DNA from: the human T2T-CHM13v2.0 reference genome, Homo sapiens
Strand: one strand, 5' to 3'
Length of the DNA stretch: 64,000 nucleotides
NCBI RefSeq assembly: GCF_009914755.1
Contig: NC_060936.1
Made by a program: the position numbers and the translations under genes. Below the pieces are notes generated by a model. That model saw nothing but the letters and a program-made list of their open reading frames with translations. It searched no databases and was not told where the DNA came from. Shown piece after piece: positions 36,276 through 48,824 of the stretch. Each line of letters begins with the position of its first letter. Position 1 is the first letter of the stretch.

Positions 36276-39200
36276 TGCCAACAAGGAAACTCTTGTTCTC
36301 CCACTTTTATCAGAGGGCTACATGATTCCTGTAGGATGAGAAGCAGGCAGCGGTGTCTGGATTTGCCTGATCATCTAGGCTCTGTTACAATCATCTGCAT
36401 GTTCTTTTTCATTGTGGAGGGGATCTTTTATTGATCTGTTGCTAGGGGGGACCGGCTCTCTCTACAGATCTTTTGGCTGCCAGGCATTTCAGGGAGCAAA
36501 AAGTACTTCGGGTAGGCTGGCCGCACTCCAGGTTTGAGTAGTAGTCTCACTGTGGGGGACTGGGGTGTTTGCAGGAGGCTTTTGGGTCCTCTGGCAGGAA
36601 TCCTTGAACATGGCTTGGACTCTAGCACAGGCCCTCTCATTCTCCAAGCAAGCATTGATTTTCCATTGCTTTCATGAGGAGTCCATACTACTCTTCATCA
36701 GCGCTCCTAGACACACTTTTTTGGCTTGCAATTGCCTCAGACGGCCACGGAGACACTCTCTGAACTGCATCTGCACCCGTGAGGTCAGTTCGAAGTGTGA
36801 GACTCTGCTCCACCTTGAACTTGCCTTTGTCATGGTTCCTGCCTTTCCCAGAGAGCCATGTTGAGAAGCAGGAGCCCCTGTGAGGCCCAAGATGAAGGGA
36901 GGCAATGAGCTCAAGGGCCCTGCCATTTTCTGCTGACATCTGCCTCTGGGGTCTTGGGTATGATTTCATCACCTGGACACCCCTTAACATCTCAGCAGAC
37001 TGTATTCCCTTCCCCCATGGGACCCAATTCTTGCACACAGCCTCTTTGGGGAATGGAATCAGAGGAACAGTTTCCAGCGCCCACATCACAGTCTCCAAGT
37101 GCCTCCCCCTCCAGCGGGACCTGACCATGAAGACGGCTGAAGGGGCCTGCCTAGAGGGTGTGGAGGTGAGTCTTTTTGAAATTTCCCCCACTCCATGATG
37201 TCTAGGTACAGCCCGCCTGTGTTCCCCAGGCTGCTCTCTCGCAAGAGGAGCTTCCTGCAGAAACACACAGCCTCTGAAGCTGCTGGGATGTGTGTTTCTG
37301 TGGGAGTGTTTCAAGTTGTGGATATCTGCGTGTGAGTGTGGTCATGTGAGTGTGTGTTTGTGTCTGTGTGTGGGGGTAAGTGGAGTCTGCTGAAAGAAAT
37401 GTGGCTAACACAGTGCAGCAACGTTTTTGTCACCCCACCTTCCAGTGGCCTGTCTCTGTGGCTCTGCTTGGGCTGAGGGTCTCCATGTTCTTCATTTTTC
37501 CATGGCTCCTGAATCCACAGTGAATTGGAAGAATGGCTGACAACCGCCGGGGAGAAAATCACCTCCCCTTGACAAAAAGCCACATTTCCACAAAGAAGAG
37601 AAGCACACCACACCCCAAAACAGACAACTCCCCATGCTTTATTGTTCTGTGGCCAACCCAGGGCCAGACCCCAGGAGTCCTGTCGCATGGCTTCTTGAAT
37701 TTACCTTGATTTTGGTTTGTAGCTGAGCAGGTGCTTCAGGTCATCAGGGAGGCACTCCTCCTTTGTCTCGGAATTTTATTCTGGGACACAGAGTGTGAGC
37801 AACAATAAGGTCAGATAGGGGTGAGGATACAATCTGTTGAGGTGTGGATGGGATCTCGCACCTTCACCTGCAAAAAAGGTGCAGACAGATGACACAGAAG
37901 TTGCTTCCAACTGCATCCCCTCATTCCCTTCATTGCACAGTCAACAGTATGGCCTGCTGCCCAGGTGGGATGACTCAATCGTGCAGGGAAAAGTTGGATT
38001 GTAAACTGGGGCCCTTCTGGACAGCTCCAGAATTGAGATTTCATTCCTGGAGCCACATTGGAGTGAGATGGATTGATGCTAGTTTGGATGTGGCCTCCAC
38101 ACTGGCCTCCTCTTTTCCTGACTTCCATGTTCCTTGTGGACCTAGAGTTTCCTAGGTCTGGCTCAGTCTGACTTTCATGTTCCTCATGAACCTGGGGTTT
38201 TTCTGGGTCTGGCTCAAAGTCTTCCACACTAAAAGTTTCCCAGTTCATGGAGGACGATTCTCTTGGGAATCCATTGCATGAGTGTTTTCTTATAAACACT
38301 GTCACATTTTAATGACTGGGCAGTTGTGATACTTTCAGAATGATAAATTTCGATTATATCCACCATCAAGATAACTCTTGTTCTCCCACATCTAAAGGAC
38401 AGCTGCATGACTCCTGTAGGATGAGAAACAGGCAGCTGTGTCTGGATTTTACCTGGCAATCTAGGCTCTGTTTCATGTCATCTGCACTTCCTTTCTCATT
38501 GTGGATGGGGTATTTCATTGGGCTGTTGGTGGGTGGGACTGACTTTCATTGTGGATATTTTGGTTGCCAGGAATATCAGAAAGCAAAAGGTATTTTGGGT
38601 AGGCTGGCTGCACACCAGGTTGTGGGTAGTGGTCTCATAGTGGTGGCTGGCATTGTTTGCACTTTGCCGGAGGCTTTTAGGTCCTCAGGCAGGAATCCTT
38701 GAACATGGCTTGGACTCCTGCACAAGTCTGCTCATTCTCCCAGGAGAGCCTTGATTTTTCTTTGCTTTCATGGGGGGTCCACAGTGCCCATCAACAGCAC
38801 TCCTGGACATTATTTTCATGTTTCAAATTGCCCCGGACAGCCTCTGAGACACTCTCAACCTCATGTGCACCTGTGAGAGGCCTGTTTTAGGTGTGAGTTC
38901 ACTGCTCCACCTTGTACTTGCCTTTGTCATGGTTCCTGCCTTTCCCAGAGAGCCGTGCTGAGAAGCAGGAGCCCCTGTGAGGTCCGGGATGAAGGAAGGC
39001 AGGGGGTTCAAGGGCCTGGCCATCTTCCACTGACACCTCCCTCTTGGATCTCAGATATCATTCCATCACCCAGAGACCTCTTAACAACTCACCAGACTTT
39101 ATTCCCATCCCCAGGAGACCCAATTCATGCACGCAGCCTCTTTTGGGAATGGAGTCAGAAGAGCAGTCTCCAGAGCCCACCTCACAGTCTTCAAACTCCT

Positions 39201-40540
39201 CCTTCTCCTGTGGGACCCTACCACGAAGATGGCTCATGAAGGCCCTATGTTCGAGACTATTAGCATGCTGCAGTGGGTTGCTGCAGGTAGCCTTTTTCTG
39301 GAGACTAGGCCAGCTCTGGCTGTACCATTTTCCTGAGTTTTGCCAGGCTTAAGCCCTGACAGCTAGGTGCCTGAGCCTGCTTGGTGAATGCACATGTGAC
39401 CGTCAGGCCACCAGGCACCAGTGGTGAGCAGCGTCTCACGTCACAGTGAAGCCACCATTGCCTGGTGACAAGTCCCTTCATCTTGGCGGAGAAGGAGTCC
39501 TCTGTGGATATGTGTCAGCATTGAACTCTTACCTGTCTACTCTGAGGGCTCTATGGGATATTCCCACAATCCTAGGAGTGGGCAGTGGTGAGCCAGCCTG
39601 AAGAAACATCAAGTGGAGACCCAGGAATAAACCACGAAATCCCTAAGGATCGAAAAGGATACCCACGATAAGTCAGGCCTGCCTAGACGGTGTGGGAGTG
39701 AGTCTTTTTGAAACTTCCCTCCCTGTGATTTCTAGGTACAGTCCGCCTCTGTTTTCTGGGGCTGCTCTCTCTCAGAAGGGGCTTTCTGCAGAACCGTGCG
39801 GCCTCAGGAGCTGCCAGGCTGTGTGTTTCTGTGGGAGTGTTGTGAGTGTTTGAATGTCTGCGTGTGTGTGTGTGGCTGTATGTGAGTGTGTTTGTGTGTG
39901 TCTGTGTGTGTGTGTGAGGGGCATCTGCTAAAAGGAATGTGTTTAATGCACTGCAGCACTTTTTTTTTCGAGTCCCTTCACCTTCTGGTGCACCTGTCTG
40001 TGTGGCTCTGCTTGACATATGGGGCTGCATGTTATCTGTTTTTCCGTGGTTCCTGAGTCCACGGTGAGTTGGGGGGGGATAGTTGAGACTCACAGGTGTA
40101 CAAATCACCTCCCCATACAAAGGAGCCACTCTTCTAGAAAGAAGAGGAGCACACCACTCTCAGGAGCAGACACCTGTCAGGGCCTCATTGTCCTGTGGCC
40201 AACCCAGGGCGGGACCGTAGCAGTACTGTCCACAGGCCACCTGAATCCAATTTGAATTCAGTTTGCAGCTGAGCAGGTGCTTCACGTTATGAAGGGAGCA
40301 CTCCTCCAACATCTTGGGATTTCATTCCAGAACTAGGAGTGTGAGCAGCAATAAGGTCAGATATGGGTGAACATACAGTCTGCTGAGGTGTGGATGGGGT
40401 CCTACACCTTCATCTGCAAAAAAAGGTGCAGACAGATGACACAGGAAGTGCTTCCAACTCCATTCTTGCATTCCCTTCATTGCACAAGCTGTCCACAACA
40501 TGGCCCCGTGGTCAGGTGGGAGGACTCCAACTTGCGGGGA
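36276..40540 (+). repeat. Two old SST1-related macrosatellite units (period ~2.09 kb; TTTY-like lineage)
   Basis: actcttgttctccca..tcctgtaggatgagaa at 36289 and 38374; colinear with the 44-53 kb units (tctggctcaaagtcttc vs tctggctgaatatcttc; tggcttggactc; gtgagtc). Confidence 0.8.
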
Positions 40541-43500
40541 ATAAAAAAAAGGTTTAACTGATACAAAAAGGTTTATCTCTGTAAGATGAATCCACACATA
40601 GCAAACCATTTGCAAAGATAGCTTCTTTCTAGTTTTTATGCCGGGATATTAGGTTTTTCAGTATAGTCCACAATAGGCTCCAAAATGTCCCTTCATAGAT
40701 TCTACAAAAAAGGTGTTTTCATCCTGTTGAATCAAAAAAAAGGTTTAACTCTGTGAGATAAATCCACTCTTCACAAAGCATTTTCACAGACAGACAGTTT
40801 TTAGTTTTTACTGTGAAATATTTGGTGTTTTACTTTAGTCCTCAATGTTCACAAAAATGTCTTTTTTTTATATGCTACATAAAGAGTGTTCTTAACCTAC
40901 TGAATGATAATAAAGGTTTAACTTTATGAGATGAATCCACACATCACAAAGCATTTTCACTAATAGGTTGTTGCTAGTATGTATCGTGGCATATTCAGTT
41001 TTTCAATATACTTGTCAGTGGGCTCCAAAATGTCCTCTTGTAGACTCTTTAAAAAGAGTGTTTCCAACGTGCTGAATCAATATAAAGGTTTGCCTCTGTG
41101 AGATGAATCCACCCACTGCCAAGCATTTTCAAATATTGCTTGTTTCTAGTTTTTATCTTGAAATATTCATTTTTTCACTATAGGCCTCAGTGAGCTCCAA
41201 AAGGTCCCCTCCTAGGTTGTACAAAAAGAGTGTTGCCAACCTGCTGAATCAAAACAAAGATTTAAGTTTGTGAGACAAATCCACATATCAGAAAGCATTT
41301 TCACAGATAGCTTGCTGCTAGTTTTAATCACTGCTATTAGGTTTTTCAGTATAGCCTTCAATGTACTTTGAAACATCCCTTTGTAGATTCTATTAAGAGA
41401 ATGTTTTCAACCTGCTGAAACCAAACAAAGGTTTAATTCTGTAAGATGAACCCACACATGGCAAAGCATTCACACAGATAGCTTGTTTCTAGTTTTTATT
41501 GCAGAATATTCAATTTTCCACAGTAGGCCTCAATGGGCTCTGAAATATCCCTTTATAGATTCTACAAAGAGTTTTTCCAACCTGCTGAATCAAAAAATGT
41601 TTTATCTCTGATAGATGAATTCATACATCATAAAACATTTTCACAGATATTTTGTTTCTAGTTTTTATCACAGGATATTAGGTTTTTCTCTAGAGGCCTA
41701 AATGGGCTCCGAAATGTTCCTTCCTAGATTCTACAAAAAGAGTGTTTCCAACCTGCTGAATCAAAATAAAGGTTTATCTCTGTCAGATGAATGAACACAT
41801 CACAAAGCATTTTCACAGATAACTTGTTTCAAGTTTTTATGATAAGATATTTTGTTTTCCACTGCAGGCCTCAATTGGCTTCAAAATATTCCTTTGAATG
41901 TTCTTCAAAAAAAGTGTTTTCGACTTGCTGTAACAAAAAAAAGGTTTAACTTTGTGAGATAAATCCACACATTGGAAAGTATTTTCACAGATAGCTTGTT
42001 TCCTGTTTTTATAGCAGAATATTAGGTTTTACAACTATAGGCCTCTATGGGCTGTGAAATGTCACTTCATAGATTCTAAAAAAGGGTTTCTCCAACCTGC
42101 TGAATCAAAACAATTTTAACTCTCAGTTGAATCCACACAACACAAATGATTTTCACTGATAGATTTTTATAGTTTTTATCAAGGAATATTTGGTTTTTTA
42201 TTATAGTTCTCAATGGGCCCTGAAATGTCTTTTAACACATTCCAGAATTAGACTGTCTGCAACCTGCTGAATAAAAACAAAGGTTTAACTCTGGGAGATG
42301 CATCCATACATCACAAAGCATTTTCACAGATAGCTTATTTCTAGTTTTCATTGTGGGACATTTGATTTTTTAAAGAGGCCTCAGTGGGCTCCAAAATGTC
42401 CCTTTGTAGATTCCCCATAAATAGTGCTTCCAATCTGCTAAATCAAAACAAAGCTTTAACCTTGTGAGATGAATCCACTCATTGCAAAGCATTTTCACAT
42501 AAAACTTATTCTAGTTTTCATCATGGGACATTTGTATTTTTACTACAGGCCTCAATGGTCTCCAAAGTGTCTCTTTGTAGGTTCTCCAAAAAGAAGTGTT
42601 TCCAACCTGTCTTCCATAGATTTTCCAGAAACAGTGTTTTCAACCTCCTGAATCAAAACAAAGTTTTAACTCTGTGTGATGAATCCAGACATCAGAAAGC
42701 ATTTTCACAGATAGGTTTTTTCTAGTTTTTATCATGGGATATTGGCTTTTCACTACCTGCCAAAATGAGCTCCAAATTGACCTCTTATAGATTCTACAAA
42801 CACAGAGTTTCCAACCTGCTGATGCAATACAAAGGTTTAACTTCGTATGATAAATCTACACATCACAAAGCATTTTTACAGATACCTTGTTTCTAGCTTT
42901 TATCACAGTATATTCTGTTTTTCACTACAGACCTCAATTTGCTCTGAAATGTCCTGTCGTATATTCTACAATAAGAATGTTTCCAACCTGCTGAATAAAA
43001 AGCAAGATTTAACTCTATGAGATGAAATCACACATCTCAAAGCATTTTCAGAGATAGCTTCTTTATAGTTTTTATTAGGATTTTAGGTTTCTCACTATAA
43101 GCCTCAATCAATGGGCTTTGAAATATCTCCTCATCGATTGTACAAAAAGAGAGTTTCCAACCTGCTGAATCAAAAAAAGGTTTAACATTGTGAGACAAAT
43201 CCACAAATTGCAAAGCATTTTTACAGATAACTTGTTTCTAGTTTTTATCATGGGATATTTGGTTTTTCACTATAGGCCTCGGGGGCTAAGAAAAGTCCCC
43301 TCTTTGATCCTACAAAATGAATGTTTCCAACCTGCTAAGTTTCCAACCTGCTGAATCAAAACTAACATTCAACTCTGTTAGATGAATCCACACGTTGCAA
43401 AGCATTTTCACAGATAGCTAGTTTCTAGTTTTCATCAGGGGATATTCAGTTTTTTACTACAGGCCTCATTGGGTTTGAAATGTCCCCTTGTAGATTCTAG

Positions 43501-44437
43501 AAAAATAGTGTTTCCAACTTGCTAAGTCAAAATAAAGGTTAAACTCTGTGAGATGAAACCACACATTGCACAACATTTTTACAGATAGCTTGTTCTGGTT
43601 TTTATCATGGCATATGTGGTTTTTCACTATAGGCCTCAATGAGCTCCAAAATGTCCCTTCCTTTATTCTACAAAAATAATGTTTCCAACCTGCCCAATTA
43701 AAACAAGGTTCAACTCTGAGATGATTCTACACATTGCAAAACATTTTCACACATAGCTTGTTTCTAGTTTTTATCCTGGGATATTTGTTTTTTAGTATAG
43801 GTCTCTGTGGGCTCCAAAATGTCCCTTTATAGATATTACAAAAAGAGTGTTTTCCACCTTCTGAACCAAAACAAGGGTTTAAGTCCGCGAGATAAATCCA
43901 CACACCTCAAAGCATTTTCACAGATAATTTGTTGTCAGTTTTTATCAGGGATAGTTGTTTTTTTATAATAGGCCTCAAGGACTCAGAAATTTCTTCTTTT
44001 AGATTCTACTAAAAGAGTGTTTCCAACCTGCTGTATATAAACATAGGTATAACTCTATGAGATAAATCCACACATCACAAACATTTTCACAGATAGCTCG
44101 TTTCTAGCTTTTATCACAAGATATTCAGTTTTCACTATAGGCCTCAGTGGGCTCTGAAATGTTCTTTTGTAGATTCTACAAAAGAGTGTTTGAAACCTGC
44201 AGAATGAAAACAAAAGTTTAACTCTGTGAGATGAATCCACACATCACAGAGCATTTTCACAAATAATTTGTTGCTAGTTTCTATCGTGAGATATTTAGTT
44301 TATCAATATACTCATCCATGGGCTTCAAAATATCCCTTCATTGATTCTTAAAAAAGAGTGTTTCCAAACTGCTAAGTCAAAACAAATGTTTAACTCTGAG
44401 GGATAACCCACGCATCACAAAGCATGTTCACAGATAG
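40541..44437 (-). repeat. Monomeric alpha satellite, block 2
   Basis: Same ~171-bp monomer and orientation as block 1. Confidence 0.96.
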
Positions 44438-45802
44438 TCACTGGAATGCTGGCCTTTCTGTAAAAGCCACCCTTTTGGCACCCCTCCCCTCGTGCCTCTG
44501 GCAGTGGCACAGTGCTGTATCCTGCCTGGGCTTTGGCCTCTGCTTTGTCTTTCCTCTTGCTCTGTCTCCCCTGTTTCTCAGGGGCCTAGATGCCTCTCGC
44601 TCTGGCTGAATATCTTCAACAATGATCATGTCCCAGTCCGTCAAGGAGACACTTCCTGGAGATCCCTGTCGTGATTGTTTCTCTCTTTCAACCTGTTTCT
44701 GCTTGATAGGGCAGTATTGACGACCCTGGAGCTCTTGGCTTCCATACTTGTCTCAGACAGGGAAGCTTCCTTCCTCTCCGTGTTTCACCTCATGGGTGGG
44801 TGGATTGCCTGGAATGAGCACTAGGCGACCGTGACAGTCCTTGTCTTCTAGGACAGGTGGTGTCACATTTCCTCTGCACTTCATGTCTCATTCGTGAGAG
44901 ACATCTCTCCTCTGCTCCTGGGTGGACTGACTCCCTGGATCTTTTGACCGTAACGAATGTCGGGGAAAGGAACCAAAGGGACTGGGCTGGGGCTGGGGCT
45001 GGGGCTGGTTGCAGGGGAGGTTGGGTCAGGGCTACCTGGGCCGTGGAGGGTTGGAGGTGGTGTGAATTTTTCAGAAACCTCTTTAATCCTCTGGCAGGCA
45101 TTTCAAAATGTGGCTTGGACTCAGGCACAGGCCCCCTCCTGGTTCCCAGGTGTTCTTTGATTTTCCTTGTCATTGATGGAAAGGTCACTTGATCCGCCCT
45201 TCCACCGGACACATGCCTGGACACCATTGTTGGTTTCGCCGTCACCCCATATGCCTCCGGTGACACACATTCACACCATCTGCTCTGGGATACGCCAGTA
45301 CCACGCTTGGTCGCATTGGCCTCACCTCGGAATTGCCTCTCTCTTTGTTTGCACGTGTCCTGGAAAGCAGTGTTGGCTTGGAGGAGCCCAGGGCTTTTAG
45401 AAGCCGGGCAGACCACTGCTCTTTCAAAGGGGGAGGGAGGCAGAGGGCTCAGGGATCAGTGAAATTTCAGCTGACACCATGCGTTGAGGTCCATGGGATC
45501 ATTCTGTGCTGCAGGGAGGCCCTGCCTGCCTCACCAGATGTGGTGAACCCATCCTATCTCACTCGGAGGGGTCCAAACTTGGATTTGAAGGGGAGTCCTG
45601 AGAACCTAGCAGGCGCCCTGAAGCTCCCCATCCATCGGTGGAAGTTGGCTCCAGGAGGTCCTGAAGACTGGACTCCTGGGGGTTTGGCCCTGGGCCAGGA
45701 CACCAGCGGCCCCCTCTCCCACGCGGCCCCAAACGGGACCCCAGATCCAGCCACTGCCAAGGCTGCAGGAGGAGCCCCCCTGCCGCCGCACAGCCGCGGC
45801 CT

Positions 45803-45868
45803 TATTTAAAGGGGACTCAGCCCCACTGCCAGGACCAGAGCATTAGTCGGCCCAGCCAATGCGCATGC
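45803..45868. promoter_or_regulatory. Candidate promoter module, unit A (TATTTAAA, CCAAT, NRF1 core)
   Basis: TATTTAAA 45803-45810, CCAAT 45856-45860, TGCGCATGC 45860-45868 in a CpG-rich context. Confidence 0.55.
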
Positions 45869-46248
45869 CCGAGGCGCGAGCGGATTCTCTCGTCACAGTG
45901 CTTCCCACGGTTGTGTTAGAAACCAGTCCCTGAGGCTTGGCAAAGCAGGAGTCCTCCTTGGCAGAGCTTGGGTGTCGGGACTCCGAGGTTCCGGCCTGAC
46001 CTCTCCACACGGTAGACAGTAATGTCTCCAGATGCCAGGAGTCTCAAAGCGCCGACCAGGATGACAAGACCACTGGCAGAGTCCAGGGGAAGCAGCAAGG
46101 CATCCCAGCCTCAGGCCTGCCCGGACGGTGTTCGGGTGAGTCTCCCCAAAAGTCGTGCCCCCGGGATCTCAAGGACAGGTCAGCCTGCGTGCCCCTGGGC
46201 TGCTCTCTCAGCCAGGGTCATTCTCATCCAGAGCAGAACCCCGCAGCC

Positions 46249-46626
46249 TCAGGGGTTGCCTGGGGGTGTGTGTTTCTGTGCCACTGCTGTATGACTCTGT
46301 GTGTGTGTGTATGTGTATGTTTGTGTGTGTCTCCCATTCTCTCTTCTCTCTCTGTCTCTCAGTCTCTGTGTGTTTCTTTCCCTCTCTCTGTCGGTTTGTG
46401 TGTGTGTGCCCGTGTGCAAGTGTGTCTTTGGACGAATGTGCCCTGTGCAGCACAAAGCGATTTCTCGCATGGCAGCCTGTCTTTGGTGAGCCCCTTTCTG
46501 CGTTTCTGCCTGGGTCCTGTGGCCGGCTGTCAATGGTTTTCACCCCGGTACCACTTTGGTTGTGTGAAGGCTTCAACTGCGTGAGGAGATGCGTCGGTCC
46601 CGGAGCAATTGAAATCTCATCCCCAT
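46249..46626 (-). pseudogene. FAM27-like: FAM27E-like reading frame with two in-frame stops (unit A)
   Basis: MGMRFQLLRDRRISSRS*..QAETQKGAHQRQAAMRE..GTHTQTDRERERNTQRLRDRERRENGRHT matches the recalled FAM27E/D peptide. Confidence 0.7.
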
Positions 46627-47981
46627 CGTGAGCAGCCTCTTTTTTAGGATCAAGATGACCACACTGCAGCCAAGGACAAAAGCCCCACAGGAGCTCATTG
46701 TACTGCAGGAGAGGAGTGGACCCATGTCAGAAATGAGGTCGTATCTTTTCCCGGCTCTTCTATGAGCAATGAAGCCACATCACGATAGACGAATCCGGGA
46801 ATGGGACTTGGCAACAATCCCTGTCACTGGAACGCTGGCCTCTCTGGACAAGCCACACTTCTGTCCCCCCTCCCCTTATGCTCGTGGAGGTGGCATGGTG
46901 TTGTATCCTGCCTGAGCTCTGGCCTCTGCCCTGCCTTCCCTCTCGCTCTGTCTCCTCTGTTTCTCAGGCGCCTAGATGTCTCTCGCTCTGGGTGAATGTC
47001 TTCAACAAAGATCACTTCCCAGTCCGTCAGGGAGACGCTTCCTGGAGATCCGTGTCATGATTGTTTCTCTCTCCAAACCTGTTTCTGCTTCATTGGGCAG
47101 GTTTCATGTCCCTGGAGCTCTTGGCATCCATGTGTGTCTCAGACAGGGAAGCTACTTGGTCTCCATTTTTCACCTCATGTGAGAAGCAACGGTAAGCCAC
47201 CGTGATTGGCCTTGTCTTCTAGGACAGGCACGGTGTGGCATGTCCTCTGCATCTCTTGTCTCATTCTTGAGGGACATCCTCGCCTCTGCTCCTGGGTGGA
47301 CTTACTCCCTGAATCTTTTGGCCTCCTCCTGGATCCCAGGTGTTCTTTGATTTTGGTTGGCATTAATGGAAAGGTCACTTGTGCCCCTCTTCAGCCGGGC
47401 ACATGCCTGGACACCATTGCTTGTTTTGCCATCGCCCCATATGCCCTCGGTGATACACATCCATACCATCTGCTCTGGTATATGTCAGTGCCACACGTGG
47501 TTGCCTTGGCTCCACCTGGGAATCACCTCTGTCCCTGTTTGCACTTGTCCTGGAAAGCGGTATCAGCTTGCAGGAGCCCCAGGGCTTTTAGAAGCGGGGC
47601 GGGCCACTGCTCTTTCAATGGAAGAGGGAGACAGACAGCTCATGGGTCAGTGAGTTTTCAGCTGACACCATGCTTTGAGGCCCGTGGGAACATTCTGTGT
47701 TGCAGTGAGGCCCTGCCTGCCTTAGCAGATGTGGTGATCCCATCCTTTCTCACCCGGAGGGGTCCAAGATGTGATTCAAAGAGGAGTCCTGAGACCCCAG
47801 CAGGCGCCCTTGAGCTCTCCCTCCATCGGTGGAAGTCGGCTCAAGCAGGTCCTGAAGACAGGACTCCTGAGAGTTTGGCATTAGGTCGCCCGCGGACCTC
47901 TTTCCCACGCCGCCCCCTACTGGGTCCTGGATCCAGCTGCCGCGGAGGCTGCAGCAGGAGCCCCCCTGCCGCCGCGCAGCT

Positions 47982-48052
47982 GCCATTGTTTCAAGGGGAC
48001 TCCGCCTGACTGCCAGGAGCAGAGCGCGAGTCAGCCCAGCCAATGCGCATGC
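47982..48052. promoter_or_regulatory. Candidate promoter module, unit B
   Basis: CCAAT 48040-48044 fused to TGCGCATGC 48044-48052; GCCAT at 47982. Confidence 0.5.
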
Positions 48053-48353
48053 ACGAGGCGCCAGCCGCTTCTCCCGTCACAGTGATTCCCATGGTTGTCT
48101 TAGAAACCAGTCCAGGAGGCTTGGCAAAGCAGGAGCCCTCTGTGGCAGTACTTGGGCGTCCGGGCTCCGAGACTCTGGCCTGACCTCTCCACGGGGTCGA
48201 CAGGAACGTCTCTGGATGCCAAGAGTCTCAAAGGGCCGACCAGGATGAAGAAACCCCCGGCGAAGTCCGTGGGAAGCACCACGGCAGCCTAGCCTCAGGC
48301 CTGCCCAGACGGTGTTCGGGTGAGTCTCCCCAAAAGTCATGCCCCCGTGATCT

Positions 48354-48824
48354 CTAGGACAGGCCTGCGTGCGTGCCCTCAGGCCGCTCTGTCACCCGAA
48401 GGTCGTTCTCGTCAAGAGCAGAAACCCCCAGCCTCAGGGGTGGCATTAGGGCTGAGGAGGGTGTGTTTCCATGCCACTGCCATGTGACGGTGTGTGTGTG
48501 TGTGTGTATGTGTGTGTGTCTCCCATTCTCTCCTCTCTCGCTGTCTCTCACTCTGTTTCTTTCCCTCTCTCTGTCGGGGTGTGTGTGTGTGTTTGTGTGT
48601 GCTTGCTGTGGTGTGTGTGTGTGTGTTTGGATGTATGTGCCTGTGAGCCAGAAAGCGATTTCTTGCATGTCGGCTGGTCTTTGGTGAGCCTCTTTCTGCA
48701 TCTCTGCCTGGTTCATGTGGACTGCTGTCAGTCGTTTTCCTGGCCGTTCCACTTTGGGTTTGTGAAGGCCTGGACCACGTGAGGAGACGCGTCGGTCCCG
48801 GAGCAATTGAACTATCATCCCCAT
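48354..48824 (-). pseudogene. FAM27-like: FAM27D/E-like ORF (156 aa from the first ATG), probably non-coding
   Basis: LEKRPLR-MGMIVQLLRDRRVSSRGPGLH..QAEMQKEAHQR..ENDLRV resembles the recalled FAM27D1 sequence; much of it is translated dinucleotide repeat. Confidence 0.65.

Noticed and set aside
26254-44437. Regularly spaced repeats as a CRISPR-like array or an active centromere
   Set aside because: Whole 171-bp units are homologous (no unique spacers). Monomers are diverged, Alu-interrupted, and no CENP-B box was found; ttccaacg at ~35690 and ~41062 is at a different monomer position.
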